From the IMG/VR virus record IMGVR_UViG_3300025015_000021, positions 1-64,000 of that record: 64,000 nucleotides of DNA, one strand, 5' to 3'. Position numbers and translations under genes: made by a program. The notes beneath the pieces were generated by a model. That model was given only the letters and a program-made list of their open reading frames with translations. It did not search any database and was not told the DNA's origin. Positions within the stretch are counted from its first letter, which is position 1, and every line of letters begins with the position of its first letter. Source of the stretch: a virus. Positions 1 through 9,991 of this stretch are shown one piece after another.

Positions 1-83
1 TTCAGCTCAGAAGCAGTATCTGGCATACCCGAAAACTCAAAAGTAACCTTCTCTTTGTCAATATCTACTTTTCTAACACTCAT
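1..83 (-). CDS. hypothetical protein, N-terminal part (runs off left edge)
   Basis: ATG at 83, 1 nt after the stop of 85..600; reads MSVRKVDIDKEKVTFEFSGMPD... open to the edge. Confidence 0.5.
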   Translation of the reverse strand, partial: MSVRKVDIDKEKVTFEFSGMPDTASEL

Positions 84-84
84 G

Positions 85-600
85 TTAAATCTCCACTACA
101 ACATAGCAGTAGCAATTAACCGCTGTCCCCGCTGTTACCCTTATACGCAGAAATTCACTAGGAGCAAATTGCGGCTCACGCCCAAGCGGAAACTGTTTTA
201 TATACTGATTTGTAAGTGCAACAAACTGAACATCCATTTCCCTAGTTGCTGTAATTGTTCCTTCCGCCGTTGCTGTGTAACCACTCTCGTCCCCCGCTGC
301 ACCAAAAGCAAACGGGTTATCATCTGTTACTGCTGCGGCATTAGGGTCAAGGTTAATAATGTCAGCTGCCACAAACTCTGTAATTGTGGCTTTAACTGTA
401 CCTGTTGTTAACAATTCGCATTTAATTGGAGTGGCTGCTGCCGAGCCGTCAAATGAAATACCCCACTCTATTATCTTGCCTGTATTTGTTGCGGAGCCAT
501 TAAGCTTCACCTGAAGCATTGTTTTAATAGCCGTTCCTGTCGTAACTGCTGCCTGTGCTGCTGTTGTCGGTGCAGGCCCGTTAAACATTATATAAAGCAT
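85..600 (-). CDS. putative virion structural protein
   Basis: 171 aa, Ala/Thr/Gly-rich with beta-strand pattern; AGGAGG RBS upstream; downstream of the packaging genes. Confidence 0.5.
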   Translation of the reverse strand: MLYIMFNGPAPTTAAQAAVTTGTAIKTMLQVKLNGSATNTGKIIEWGISFDGSAAATPIKCELLTTGTVKATITEFVAADIINLDPNAAAVTDDNPFAFGAAGDESGYTATAEGTITATREMDVQFVALTNQYIKQFPLGREPQFAPSEFLRIRVTAGTAVNCYCYVVVEI

Positions 601-622
601 TCCTTACCTCCTTTCTTAAATA

Positions 623-778
623 TTATCTACAGCTAGGCCAAACAGTTGCATTGAAAGCAACTGCGGGAAACTTTGCTCCATCTCCTGCGGCAACCACTAA
701 GCTAGTGCCAGTATCCGCAGGACTTGGAGCTGTTAATACTGTTGAATATGAAAAATTTTTGTGAGCGTCGTATGCCAT
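623..778 (-). pseudogene. short ORF resembling the N-terminus of a phage tail/structural protein, apparently truncated
   Basis: Manual translation MAYDAHKNFSYSTVLTAPSPADTGTSLVVAAGDGAKFPAVAFNATVWPSCR* (51 aa); not in the ORF track. Confidence 0.4.
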
Positions 779-780
779 AA

Positions 781-818
781 AATAAAAAAACTTCTACCCT
801 GAGCTTTGGGTAGAAGCT
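781..818 (-). terminator. Rho-independent terminator ending the glycosylation operon
   Basis: Minus strand CTTCTACCC-aaagctca-GGGTAGAAG followed by TTTTTTATTTT. Confidence 0.7.
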
Positions 819-876
819 AAATTTTTAACCCCTCTGTTATTTATTCTACAACTTTATCTTAAAAAATCAATAGGCA

Positions 877-1851
877 TTATCTTGGATCCTCCACGAAGAA
901 ACCTTCCTGTTTAAGTTTTCTTTTATTCCCAAAAGGCTTATCTGGTTCATCTCTAGGTGGGAATATCGGTGAATTAGCTCCATCTGGACTAAATTCAAAT
1001 AATGCATCACAATTTTGGAAAGAAGGTTTAGTATAGGGAACAATTTCTGCTGTAGTATTAGATCTTTTCTTACTAGCCATCCATTCGTGCCATACGAAGG
1101 AACGCATGGTAGCTGAAGCCCGCCCTCCCGCTAAATAAATTCTATGGCAGAGTTGATAATCTTCCGCTCCTGCGGGACCAAACCTTTCATCATATAACCC
1201 CACATTTTCCCAGAAATCTCTCTTGCCCACCACAAACCAGCCCGCAAATCCTTCAATATGTCCTTGGCGGTGGGCAAGTAACATATCGTAGCCTTTCTTG
1301 GTTTGAGCTATTTCCAAAGTAATAGGGCTACCATCTGGAGCTTTAGGGTATATATTATTGCCAATTTGTATTCCCCATGGTGGGCACGAATTTCCAGGTA
1401 TCCAATGACCATCATCAGCTAAACCATAACCAAAACCAGGTTCAATTGGCGAAGCTGGATTAACAGCCTTCATTTCGGGAAAAGCATCGAACTGGTCTAA
1501 GATTCCCTGCCACCAACGATCTGAAATCATCAAAATATCATCATTGCAAGCAGCTACATATTTAGAACCCCAGTACAATCCGTGAATAATTCCTTCATTC
1601 ATACTCTTTGCAAATCCCATGTTTTTCCTTTTAGGATTTCTAATAATCAAGTCGGCATAATCATGTACAAGTCCATAGACTCCATCTTTAGTTTGATCTA
1701 CTACAATTACCCTGAAATTAACAGGAGTATATTTATATAAAGATTCCAAAGCTGGCCTAATAAAATTAGTTAAAACTGGATTAAACACGAATGTTACTTC
1801 TATATTACTATTAGTCAACCTCCTTGCCCTGAGCGTAGTCGAAGGGTTCAT
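877..1851 (-). CDS. glycosyltransferase family 2
   Basis: VIVVDQ, NMGFAKSMNEGI, CNDD, GLYDERFG..AED motifs; start at 1851 gives an ATGA overlap with the upstream ORF. Confidence 0.85.
   Translation of the reverse strand: MNPSTTLRARRLTNSNIEVTFVFNPVLTNFIRPALESLYKYTPVNFRVIVVDQTKDGVYGLVHDYADLIIRNPKRKNMGFAKSMNEGIIHGLYWGSKYVAACNDDILMISDRWWQGILDQFDAFPEMKAVNPASPIEPGFGYGLADDGHWIPGNSCPPWGIQIGNNIYPKAPDGSPITLEIAQTKKGYDMLLAHRQGHIEGFAGWFVVGKRDFWENVGLYDERFGPAGAEDYQLCHRIYLAGGRASATMRSFVWHEWMASKKRSNTTAEIVPYTKPSFQNCDALFEFSPDGANSPIFPPRDEPDKPFGNKRKLKQEGFFVEDPR
1823..1846. repeat. 24-nt hairpin mini-element, family A (inside CDS, encodes PSTTLRAR)
   Basis: CTTG-CCC-TGAGCGTAGTCGAA-GGG. Confidence 0.85.
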
Positions 1852-2138
1852 CTTACCCACCTCCATAAATTATTCCACAATTTTTCCAAAAATGATGTTT
1901 TTGGAAATGGGTACATAGGATATTCAGGAATAAATGATGTCGTAGTTGTACTTCCCCATTTAGATTTTATCCTGCTAACACTTTTAATTGGATTGGTCGT
2001 TCCCAATTTAGATTTAGTCCTTACAGGTTTAATACCTTTATATATTTTAGGTAATTCTTTTTCAAAATCTTTTAATGCTTTAGATTTAATCCTAATAATT
2101 CTTTTCTTATTTTTTATATTTTCTTTTTTATTCTTCAT
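1848..2138 (-). CDS. hypothetical basic protein
   Basis: 96 aa ORF coupled to its neighbours. Confidence 0.5.
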   Translation of the reverse strand: MKNKKENIKNKKRIIRIKSKALKDFEKELPKIYKGIKPVRTKSKLGTTNPIKSVSRIKSKWGSTTTTSFIPEYPMYPFPKTSFLEKLWNNLWRWVR

Positions 2139-2145
2139 ATTACTA

Positions 2146-3288
2146 TCACCACCCCGATTTTATCACAGAGCAAATTTCAGCAACTTGCTCTTCTGTTACA
2201 TAATGATGCATTGGTAATACTAAATATTTATGTTCTAAAGCATCCATATTGGGACAGTTATAAACTCTTCCACCATAAACTTTATATCTATCAGCCCGAT
2301 AATGAACTGGATTTGACTCAATGTTATTTTCCAAAAGTTTTTTCTTCAAAGCCTCTCTGCTTTCAGTTTCAACTGTACAAAGCCAATAACTAGACTCAAT
2401 ATTATCTGGCACATCTTTATTGATTAATCTAATTCCTGGTATTCCTTCCAGTCCCTTTTTATATGCCTCGAATCTTTTCTTTGCCCCTTCAATTAAGTCA
2501 TCAAGCTCATTAAGCCCTTCAATTCCCATTGCGGCCTCAATACTTGTCATTTGATACTTGAAACCTACTTCCCAAATATCCTGCTTCCATCTGTCTTCAA
2601 ACTTAGCTTTTCTGTCAATTCCAAACCATCTAATTCTCTTAGCTTGTTCTTCCTGCATCGGATCTTCTATTGTCAGCATCCCACCATCTCCAGTAGTTAT
2701 GGTTTTCACCGCCTGAAAACTGAAAGCAGTATATTGGCAAATCTCACCAACACGTTTCCCTTTGTAAGTTGCCCCGATTGCCTGAGCCGCATCTTCAATA
2801 ATCGGTACATTCCATTTCTTAGCGATTGGCAAAAGTCTATCATAATTACAAGGCATACCCGCATAATCCACGGCAATAATTGCCTTAATTCTTTCTCCCT
2901 GCTGTTTAAATAGCTCCTCTACATGATTAGGATCAATATTCATTGTATCTTTTTCAATATCAGCAAAAACCATCTTTGCCCCCTGATATAAGATTCCCGA
3001 ATACGAGGCTGAACAGGTAAAAACAGATCCAATAACCTCTTCCCCCTCTTTTATCCCAGCTAGAATATATGCCAGATGAAGTGCCGATGTGCCAGAATTA
3101 ACTGCAATTGCCCGATGTTTACCAGAAATGCGGTTCTCAAATTTTTTCTCAAATTCTTCTACAAGAGGTCCTTCACCTATCCATCTATTATCCATTTGTA
3201 GTCTTGCCCGATTTTTAGCAGATTCAGATAAATAAGGATGAAACAAAACTATTTTATCTTGTCCTGAGCTTGTCGAAGGATTATCCAT
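2146..3288 (-). CDS. DegT/DnrJ/EryC1/StrS family sugar aminotransferase
   Basis: VNSGTSALHLA, IIEDAAQA, FSFQAVKTITTGDGG (PLP lysine). Confidence 0.95.
   Translation of the reverse strand: MDNPSTSSGQDKIVLFHPYLSESAKNRARLQMDNRWIGEGPLVEEFEKKFENRISGKHRAIAVNSGTSALHLAYILAGIKEGEEVIGSVFTCSASYSGILYQGAKMVFADIEKDTMNIDPNHVEELFKQQGERIKAIIAVDYAGMPCNYDRLLPIAKKWNVPIIEDAAQAIGATYKGKRVGEICQYTAFSFQAVKTITTGDGGMLTIEDPMQEEQAKRIRWFGIDRKAKFEDRWKQDIWEVGFKYQMTSIEAAMGIEGLNELDDLIEGAKKRFEAYKKGLEGIPGIRLINKDVPDNIESSYWLCTVETESREALKKKLLENNIESNPVHYRADRYKVYGGRVYNCPNMDALEHKYLVLPMHHYVTEEQVAEICSVIKSGW
3258..3280. repeat. hairpin mini-element, family A (inside CDS, PSTSSGQ)
   Basis: CTTG-TCC-TGAGCTTGTCGAA-GGA. Confidence 0.9.
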
Positions 3289-4120
3289 AAATTATCTCCT
3301 TAAATTCTGTTTCACAGAGTATCGTCTGGTATTCTGCTTTGGGGAAATTGGCCTTGTTTTCTGGGGTTACTATAAATTGTTCTCCAGAAGGTACAAATCC
3401 TTCTTCAAAGTCTCCGTATGGCACTCCGCTTTTAACAAAAGAAAACATATTGTTCCAATTTGTTATTATAACACCCATAATAGAAAAAAGCAAGGTAGTA
3501 ACCACATCTTCCTTATCCATTTGCCCCTCATTTATCTGGATTACCAAAGGATAAATGCTTTGCCAGGCGTAAGTTTGAGATGCCATAAAAAACGCTCCTA
3601 GAAAAGGTGCTCCTATGGTTGGATTTTCATCTTGGGAAAATTCCAAATTATCATAAACAGTCTGAAAACAAGGATAATGAAATAATATCCTATCTAATAC
3701 TTTCTTGCTTATTCCTCCCGATATATTAAAAGCCCCGATTATTGTCGGCTTACTTGAAGAATTAAAAATATCAACCAAAGTTTCCGCCCAGTCGTTTCTT
3801 ATAAAAAAGGTATCATTATGCATCCGTACGCATAGCCTCGTCTTTATGTCCATAAATCCCGCTTCCTGTTTATAAGTGCTTTGGGCATACTGTATCGCTT
3901 TTCCTTTAATATTGTGTTTTAAGAGAAGATTGTAAGTTTCCATATCCCCCTTGTCATAAACCACCAAAGTATTTTTAACCACTTCAGGCGGTGTCATCTT
4001 GATATATTGGGGAATAAACCACTTAATTCTCTTCACATATTGAGAAGCTTGAGGTATTACCACAGACAAATCCCCCAGAGTGTAGGGTAAAAATTGTCCA
4101 ACTGGTATTATTTTATTCAT
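3281..4120 (-). CDS. putative GT-A fold glycosyltransferase
   Basis: LSVVIP start, MHNDTFF DxD-like motif, late ED motif. Confidence 0.55.
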   Translation of the reverse strand: MNKIIPVGQFLPYTLGDLSVVIPQASQYVKRIKWFIPQYIKMTPPEVVKNTLVVYDKGDMETYNLLLKHNIKGKAIQYAQSTYKQEAGFMDIKTRLCVRMHNDTFFIRNDWAETLVDIFNSSSKPTIIGAFNISGGISKKVLDRILFHYPCFQTVYDNLEFSQDENPTIGAPFLGAFFMASQTYAWQSIYPLVIQINEGQMDKEDVVTTLLFSIMGVIITNWNNMFSFVKSGVPYGDFEEGFVPSGEQFIVTPENKANFPKAEYQTILCETEFKEIIYG

Positions 4121-4718
4121 TTGTTACTTGTCCTGTCTGCCCGCCTTTGGAGGGAGCAAAGTCAAAGGATTCTTTCTCCAATAAACTCATCATAATATAG
4201 CTATGATACTTTCCATCTCTGTAAAGAGCCTGTCGTTGCTTTCCTTCAACCTTAAATCCAAACTTATCATAAAGTTTTTTTGCTACTTTATTGCCTTCTG
4301 CCACCAAGAACCAGATACGATTCATCCCCTGTTGTTTAAACAAATAATCTATAAATGCCCCAAAAGCCTCACTTGCAAATCCCTTTCCCCTATATTTTGG
4401 CACAATATCAATTCCAATCCTTACAGACCTATTTATTCTATCCCATTCATCAGAACGCAGCATTCCAACAAATCGGGGGGCAATAAACTCAGCTAATTTT
4501 GGGTTGATATTTTTATTCTCCGGTTTATATTCAATTGCCAAATACATTTGTGATTTATCCAATTGAAGTTTTTTAAACCACTCTTTCTGAGCTTCCTCAC
4601 TAATAGGTGTAATATCAGTCAACCAATGAGAAGTTGTCGGATCATTTCTCATCTTCCTCAAATCCTCCAAGTGTCTTTCTTCAAGAAGTACAATTTTCAA
4701 TCGTTTAGTTTCAATCAT
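4113..4718 (-). CDS. GNAT N-acetyltransferase (RimJ/PseH-like)
   Basis: IETKRL start, YRGKGFA acetyl-CoA loop, LYDKFGFKVEG. Confidence 0.9.
   Translation of the reverse strand: MIETKRLKIVLLEERHLEDLRKMRNDPTTSHWLTDITPISEEAQKEWFKKLQLDKSQMYLAIEYKPENKNINPKLAEFIAPRFVGMLRSDEWDRINRSVRIGIDIVPKYRGKGFASEAFGAFIDYLFKQQGMNRIWFLVAEGNKVAKKLYDKFGFKVEGKQRQALYRDGKYHSYIMMSLLEKESFDFAPSKGGQTGQVTNE
4127..4169. repeat. family A mini-element interrupted by a 19-nt family B hairpin
   Basis: CTTGTCCTG[TCTGCCCGCCTTTGGAGGG]AGCAAAGTCAAAGGA. Confidence 0.7.
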
Positions 4719-5518
4719 AAAAGATCCCTTAATCCTTCTCTTAAATCAATACCAGGCTTAAAAGACAAATGCCTTGCTTTAGTCAAATCGGCTTTCGAGT
4801 ACCTGACTTCTTTTCTAGGGTCATCATAAATAATTCTTGGTTGCTTCTGCATCAACTCTCCTATAATAACAGCTAATCTGTTAACACTGGTAGTCTTACC
4901 AGTTCCTATATCTATTACGCTTCCTGATGTTATTTTTTTCTCTACGGCAAGTTTTATGGCTCTTGCTACATCTCTAGCGTGGATAAAATCCCTTGTCTGT
5001 TTTCCGTCTCCATGGATAATAATCCTACCTCTTTTAGTTCCTTTAATAAAGTTATCAATAACCCTTCCATAAACAGGATTAGAACCCTTCCCATAAATAT
5101 TAAAAAATCTAAGAGAGACTGTGTCGATTTCATCTTTAAAACAATCCAAAATCAACTCAGGTACATATTTAGTTAAGGCATAAATCGAAGAAGTCGGTTG
5201 GGAGGAAGCCGAAGAAGAAGCATAAATAATTTTCCCAACTCCAGCCTTTATTGCAGCCCCTACAACGCACATTGTTCCCTCAATATTATTCTTTTTATAT
5301 ATCTGGGGCTGTTTTTCAGAATCCGCCACAGATACATAGGCCGCCAGATGAATAATAGTATCTGTTTTATTCTTTTTAAGAATACGAAAAAGATGCTGTT
5401 TATTTAAAATATTATCTTTATTTGAGTTTTTTACATCATAACCTATCGCATCAGGAAATAGCTCCATTACATAAGAACCGACAAAACCAGAAGATCCCGT
5501 CACCAAGATTTTATTCAC
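4715..5518 (-). CDS. NAD-dependent nucleotide-sugar epimerase/dehydratase (GalE-like SDR)
   Basis: ILVTGSSGFVG, HLAA, YALTK, LRFFNIYG, RDFIH; GTG start overlapping the upstream stop. Confidence 0.9.
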   Translation of the reverse strand: MNKILVTGSSGFVGSYVMELFPDAIGYDVKNSNKDNILNKQHLFRILKKNKTDTIIHLAAYVSVADSEKQPQIYKKNNIEGTMCVVGAAIKAGVGKIIYASSSASSQPTSSIYALTKYVPELILDCFKDEIDTVSLRFFNIYGKGSNPVYGRVIDNFIKGTKRGRIIIHGDGKQTRDFIHARDVARAIKLAVEKKITSGSVIDIGTGKTTSVNRLAVIIGELMQKQPRIIYDDPRKEVRYSKADLTKARHLSFKPGIDLREGLRDLL

Positions 5519-5823
5519 TTGCTTCCTCCTGTTCCCCAACCACATCTATTACAGCTTTCACTCCAATATCTCTCACTCTCAGTTTTTATAATTTTTCCTT
5601 CACACCCCAAGTATCCACAAACTACCAGCATTTCCGAAGTTACTTTATGTTTAATTTTCTTTTTTCCATTCTTCTTAAATATTATTAATGGACCATTACA
5701 ATATTTTATCCACTTATTACACTTACACTCATAAATTTTGTCACAAGCAGACATTCCTATCCCTGTCATTTTATGTCCTTTCGGACATTTATCTATTCTA
5801 TAATACGGTTTTGATATTTTCAT
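5515..5823 (-). CDS. hypothetical Cys-rich protein
   Basis: Several CxxC-like motifs; coupled to neighbours. Confidence 0.5.
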   Translation of the reverse strand: MKISKPYYRIDKCPKGHKMTGIGMSACDKIYECKCNKWIKYCNGPLIIFKKNGKKKIKHKVTSEMLVVCGYLGCEGKIIKTESERYWSESCNRCGWGTGGSK

Positions 5824-6497
5824 TCTTTATATATATCCATTAATGTCCTGCAAACCAGATTACGGTTCTTATAATGTTCTCCTCCGTGAGATTGACCGAC
5901 CCCAAGCTCTCCCAATTCTATCAAATCCGAATTCTCCGAAACAGGTATAACCATATTTTTTCCTTTATTAAGGTACTTGTTTCCCAAAGACAAATAAACA
6001 TCATCCAAAGAAACCCTTGGCAGTTCGGGATGAAGTGTCTGCAATTGCAGTCCCAATGTTAATAATTTGGAAGGAACAAAGTAAGTTCTCAAGATTATAT
6101 CAACCTCTATCAATCTATCTCCTCGTCTTATCGGCGTATCATTGGCATAAGGAATCGGTGTATCTCCCAAAATACTTCCCTGATATCCTAAAATAGTATC
6201 TGGTTTGGCATAACTTAAAAAGTTTTCCAAAGTCTTTTCTCTTACGCTTAGATCGTCATCTATGAAAAAACAATATTCGGTATCAAAATAAGTTCCTAAA
6301 GCAAAACGGATTCTGGGAAGAAAGTTTTTGTCGGAGTGGATAATAGTAACTGTGTCATCATCAAACTCTATTTGAGGATTGTCAATAAATATTACTATCT
6401 CTTTCGGTTTGACTGTTCCAGACATAAGATTATCAACTATCTGCTTCAGATGAGACTCTCTCTCTTTAAAATGAGACAAAATAATGACAGTTATCAT
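5820..6497 (-). CDS. GT-A fold glycosyltransferase
   Basis: MITVIILSH, EIVIFIDN, FFIDDD, LDDVY. Confidence 0.75.
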   Translation of the reverse strand: MITVIILSHFKERESHLKQIVDNLMSGTVKPKEIVIFIDNPQIEFDDDTVTIIHSDKNFLPRIRFALGTYFDTEYCFFIDDDLSVREKTLENFLSYAKPDTILGYQGSILGDTPIPYANDTPIRRGDRLIEVDIILRTYFVPSKLLTLGLQLQTLHPELPRVSLDDVYLSLGNKYLNKGKNMVIPVSENSDLIELGELGVGQSHGGEHYKNRNLVCRTLMDIYKE

Positions 6498-6785
6498 CTT
6501 TCAAAAACTCCCAAAAATCACAAAATAAATACTCTGGGCAACAACAATTCCAAACACAATCCCTATCACAGCTGACAATATCGCAAACTTAATATCTTCC
6601 ATTATCTGAATTTTCCGTTTTTGTATTCTCTTGCCATATGTTCTTCAATAAACTTTTTGTCAAACTCTCCTCTTAGTTCTTTATAAAATATGTCAATAGC
6701 ATCTTTTCTATTTTTAGCATCAATTTCCGATTCAAAATCAGGTATCTCAGTATGGGATTTTATTATTAATAGATAAGTATTCATT

Positions 6786-6989
6786 TTAAGATATTGAATT
6801 ATTCCATCTATCTTTTGCAAATTTCAATGAACATTCCTTATGATAAAAATTCTTTTTACCCCAATCTAAACTTCTTTTATAAAAAGAATACCTAAGTTCC
6901 AAAGACTTTCCGCATCCCGAACACTTAACTGTTATCTTTTTTACCATTTTTCTTCCAAAACTTCCACCACCACTTCTTCTTATACTCAA
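6786..6989 (-). CDS. small zinc-binding protein
   Basis: CSGC...YHKEC. Confidence 0.4.
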   Translation of the reverse strand: MSIRRSGGGSFGRKMVKKITVKCSGCGKSLELRYSFYKRSLDWGKKNFYHKECSLKFAKDRWNNSIS

Positions 6990-7227
6990 TTTCTATCCCT
7001 GTAAGACCTAGTTTTGCCTGGCAATCCCAGCAAGGCTGAAAAATCCAATTAGGATACATATTATAGACAGCTTTATTTTCATTACATATCCAGCACAATA
7101 AATTATGGCTTGTTCCGCCAGCTCCTAAATCCAAAAGTTCTATGGATACATTTTTGCCCAGCTTAGTCGTCCAATGAGTCTTCCCTGCATATTTTTTCAT
7201 TTTTTCCTCTTCAAATGCCTCTAGCAA
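6925..7227 (-). CDS. hypothetical zinc-finger protein
   Basis: CWIC...CWDC. Confidence 0.5.
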   Translation of the reverse strand: MLEAFEEEKMKKYAGKTHWTTKLGKNVSIELLDLGAGGTSHNLLCWICNENKAVYNMYPNWIFQPCWDCQAKLGLTGIEIEYKKKWWWKFWKKNGKKDNS

Positions 7228-7357
7228 TAGCTTTTTAAAGTTTGAGCGAATTTAACACCTATAGGAAACATATCTGAATATATACTTTTCAGTGTAGCCT
7301 TCCCACCGCATTTAGGACATTTAATTCTTCCTGTTTTTTCTTCTATTTCTAAATACA

Positions 7358-7777
7358 TTATGCAAAATAACTGAAATTAGGCTTAAAATCTAAACCAAGC
7401 TTTTTCCCTACCTTTAATACAAAATCCTGATAAGAATCGGTAATAGATTTTGCTCCATATAATAAATTACCATTTCTATCCTCCGTATCATAAAATCTCG
7501 AAGCTACGGGAGCATAATCTCCTCCTGAAATAATATAATGTCTAGTTTCTACATCTACCCAACTATTTAAGGTTTCATTAGCTTCATTAGAATACTCATC
7601 TTCAATAATCCCCATAGTCTTTCGGAAATTATCCAGCTTACCCCATTCTGTATTTTCTAAGTTACTAAAAACAGTACTTGGCACTATAATATAACCCCTT
7701 GCTTTATGGTACAGAGTAGAAAATAAAGACATCTGGAGTCTATCTATGTGATTTTTATATTCTTTATTTTTTCTCAT
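7358..7777 (-). CDS. hypothetical protein
   Basis: 139 aa ORF in a co-directional run. Confidence 0.6.
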   Translation of the reverse strand: MRKNKEYKNHIDRLQMSLFSTLYHKARGYIIVPSTVFSNLENTEWGKLDNFRKTMGIIEDEYSNEANETLNSWVDVETRHYIISGGDYAPVASRFYDTEDRNGNLLYGAKSITDSYQDFVLKVGKKLGLDFKPNFSYFA

Positions 7778-8132
7778 AATTGCTTGCCTTGCATTTAGAA
7801 CATTCCCACTTCCATTCAGATCCTACATATTTTGGAATTCCTCTACAAGTACAATAATATTTATAAAAATCATCTGGATTTTTAGCATTAATTCTTTTCT
7901 GAATCAGATGTCCCTTTTTTACTTTTCCTCCATTATACTTTCTAATTACATCAGCTATTTTAGGCGTAACATAGCTTATCTCTCCTGTAGGCATAAATTT
8001 TATTGGTACAATTTCCTCCTCATTCCAAACCTTTTGTAATGATTCTAGGGATATCTCTGATTGCTTTGTCTTTTTTGTATATGTATAATTCATATCTCTA
8101 TTCTTACTTACTTGTACCAAAATGCTTTTCAA
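7764..8132 (-). CDS. hypothetical protein
   Basis: ORF with C-terminal CxC/CxxC. Confidence 0.5.
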   Translation of the reverse strand: MKSILVQVSKNRDMNYTYTKKTKQSEISLESLQKVWNEEEIVPIKFMPTGEISYVTPKIADVIRKYNGGKVKKGHLIQKRINAKNPDDFYKYYCTCRGIPKYVGSEWKWECSKCKASNYEKK

Positions 8133-8427
8133 TAATAATTTGCATAATTCTTTCTATTGCATGAATAGCATCAAAAAACCAAACTTTCCCATCATGATTT
8201 TCATACATACTTTTATTCTTGTCTATTTCTTCCCAAAGCCAATCCTCTGCCCTATGTCCTGTTAAAAATACAGTTAAAGCCCAATTCTTATAAATCTTAT
8301 CTCTTGTTTTATCGTACTTTTTATCAGGATGGTTAAGCCAATCAGTAGGCACTTTAATCTTGACACTTATTTCAGTTTGTTTATCTTTACTATAATTTTT
8401 CATTTTAAATATTCTGCAATCCTCCAA
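8104..8427 (-). CDS. hypothetical protein
   Basis: ORF in a co-directional run. Confidence 0.5.
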   Translation of the reverse strand: MEDCRIFKMKNYSKDKQTEISVKIKVPTDWLNHPDKKYDKTRDKIYKNWALTVFLTGHRAEDWLWEEIDKNKSMYENHDGKVWFFDAIHAIERIMQIIIEKHFGTSK

Positions 8428-8667
8428 TTATTTGTACCTGTCATTTGTCCAATCGTATAAAGCGAATAACCCTTTTTTACTAATTCACAAAAAATACATT
8501 CACAATCAGGATAATTTTTTTCTATATATTCTTTCCAGACTGTTAATTTTCTCTTTTTCATAAATTTAAAAACTCCTTCCAAAATTTTTTATTTATCATT
8601 TGAACTTTCCAAATTAAACCCTTTTTTGTTTTTCTAACACTAATTGTTTTTCCTACAATCTTCTTCT

Positions 8668-9009
8668 TCATATCTGAGACAATAGTTCCTTCCTAGCCCA
8701 ACAATTTTCCCAATGGTCAGATCCGCAACCCACTCCACATCCAGGGCATCTTCCCTTTCTCATCCATTTAGTAAAATGCTTGGCATTACTGCCTTTTGGT
8801 CTCAAATCAGCTTTCATAATCAAATTCTCATCTTTTTTATCCAGCAGATAATTAACAACCTCTTCTAGTTCCAGAATTGCTTTCTTCAAAGTATCCACCT
8901 TATCTTCCAAAGGCTTATATTCACTCGTGCTTGGCAGAACAGGTATGGCTGAATTGGAAAATTCGCTCTCAATCTTATAAATTGTCCCATCCTTATTTCT
9001 ATAAATCAT
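8668..9009 (-). CDS. hypothetical protein
   Basis: Coiled-coil segment plus CPGC..H..C motif. Confidence 0.55.
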   Translation of the reverse strand: MIYRNKDGTIYKIESEFSNSAIPVLPSTSEYKPLEDKVDTLKKAILELEEVVNYLLDKKDENLIMKADLRPKGSNAKHFTKWMRKGRCPGCGVGCGSDHWENCWARKELLSQI

Positions 9010-9218
9010 AATATCGGATATTTTTCATCCAATAGCCTTAAATACAACCAGAATCTAAAATCACTGGCTGAATAAGACTTGTCTTTCTTCCTGTTTATTT
9101 TTGACCATCTTTTGTAATGTTTGGGGAAATACTTTGCCAAAGTTAATATTATATGAGGCAACCATCTATTTAAAAACTTAGCATAATCCAGTCTTTTTTT
9201 ATTAAGTTTATGTTTCAT
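9006..9218 (-). CDS. hypothetical protein
   Basis: First ORF after the promoter at 9279-9307. Confidence 0.5.
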   Translation of the reverse strand: MKHKLNKKRLDYAKFLNRWLPHIILTLAKYFPKHYKRWSKINRKKDKSYSASDFRFWLYLRLLDEKYPIL

Positions 9219-9222
9219 TATA

Positions 9223-9270
9223 TTTATAGTGAGCTTGTTTACCCTGAGTTTATCGAATGGGTCGAATCTA
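9223..9270. repeat. nested pair of family A mini-elements
   Basis: TTTATAGTGAGCTTG[TTTACCCTGAGTTTATCGAATGGG]TCGAATCTA. Confidence 0.85.
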
Positions 9271-9278
9271 TTGTATCT

Positions 9279-9307
9279 ATTATAACATATCCCAGTTCAT
9301 TTTTCAA
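9279..9307 (-). promoter_or_regulatory. sigma70-type promoter
   Basis: TTGAAA-17 nt-TATAAT with TGn extended -10. Confidence 0.7.
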
Positions 9308-9310
9308 TAC

Positions 9311-9991
9311 CTATTCTTTTGGTATTTCATTCAAAAACTGTCTTGAAGCATATGTATAATGGTACGAACTTACCAAAGTAGTTCGGTAGTGTTTTCCCAT
9401 TCCTTCAGTTGCATTGCCAAAGTTAATATCAAAGTGGCTCGGGCTATCGCTAAATCTTATCCCAGTCTCAAAAATCTTCTTATTAAAAAGAGTTACCTGG
9501 AAATCTGGATACTTCATTATTTCCAAATTTTCCCTTTCCCACCCAAGTCTTGGAGAAACAGTTGTCGGATAAGTCAGCTTTCCTTCTTTATCAACCGATT
9601 GCTGGTCGAGAGTGATCCAGTCTTCCGGCAAAGTTTCCTTTATCTCAAGCATCTTTTTATCCCATTCCTCTTTTACAATTACATCAGCCTCAATTAAGAA
9701 AACATTATCAAAGACAGGATTTAGTTTTTCATTAAAAAACTTCTGATGGGCATAGCAGAGCCCTATCTGAATTGCTTGACCGAGTCCGTTCTTATGAATA
9801 ATTCCTGTGTAATCCCTCTTAAGCATAATGACTCTTCTAGTTGGTGATGATTTGACTGGAAACTCCCCTAAATCAGAGTCATCGTCTATAAGAATATGAA
9901 GAAACGGATTAACTGTATATTTATCAATAGCCTCTACCATCTCTCTCACTATTTCATAACTTTTATAGACAGGTGTAATTATTAAATTCAT
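9311..9991 (-). CDS. glycosyltransferase family 2-like
   Basis: LIITPVY, ILIDDDS, LIEADV. Confidence 0.75.
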   Translation of the reverse strand: MNLIITPVYKSYEIVREMVEAIDKYTVNPFLHILIDDDSDLGEFPVKSSPTRRVIMLKRDYTGIIHKNGLGQAIQIGLCYAHQKFFNEKLNPVFDNVFLIEADVIVKEEWDKKMLEIKETLPEDWITLDQQSVDKEGKLTYPTTVSPRLGWERENLEIMKYPDFQVTLFNKKIFETGIRFSDSPSHFDINFGNATEGMGKHYRTTLVSSYHYTYASRQFLNEIPKE

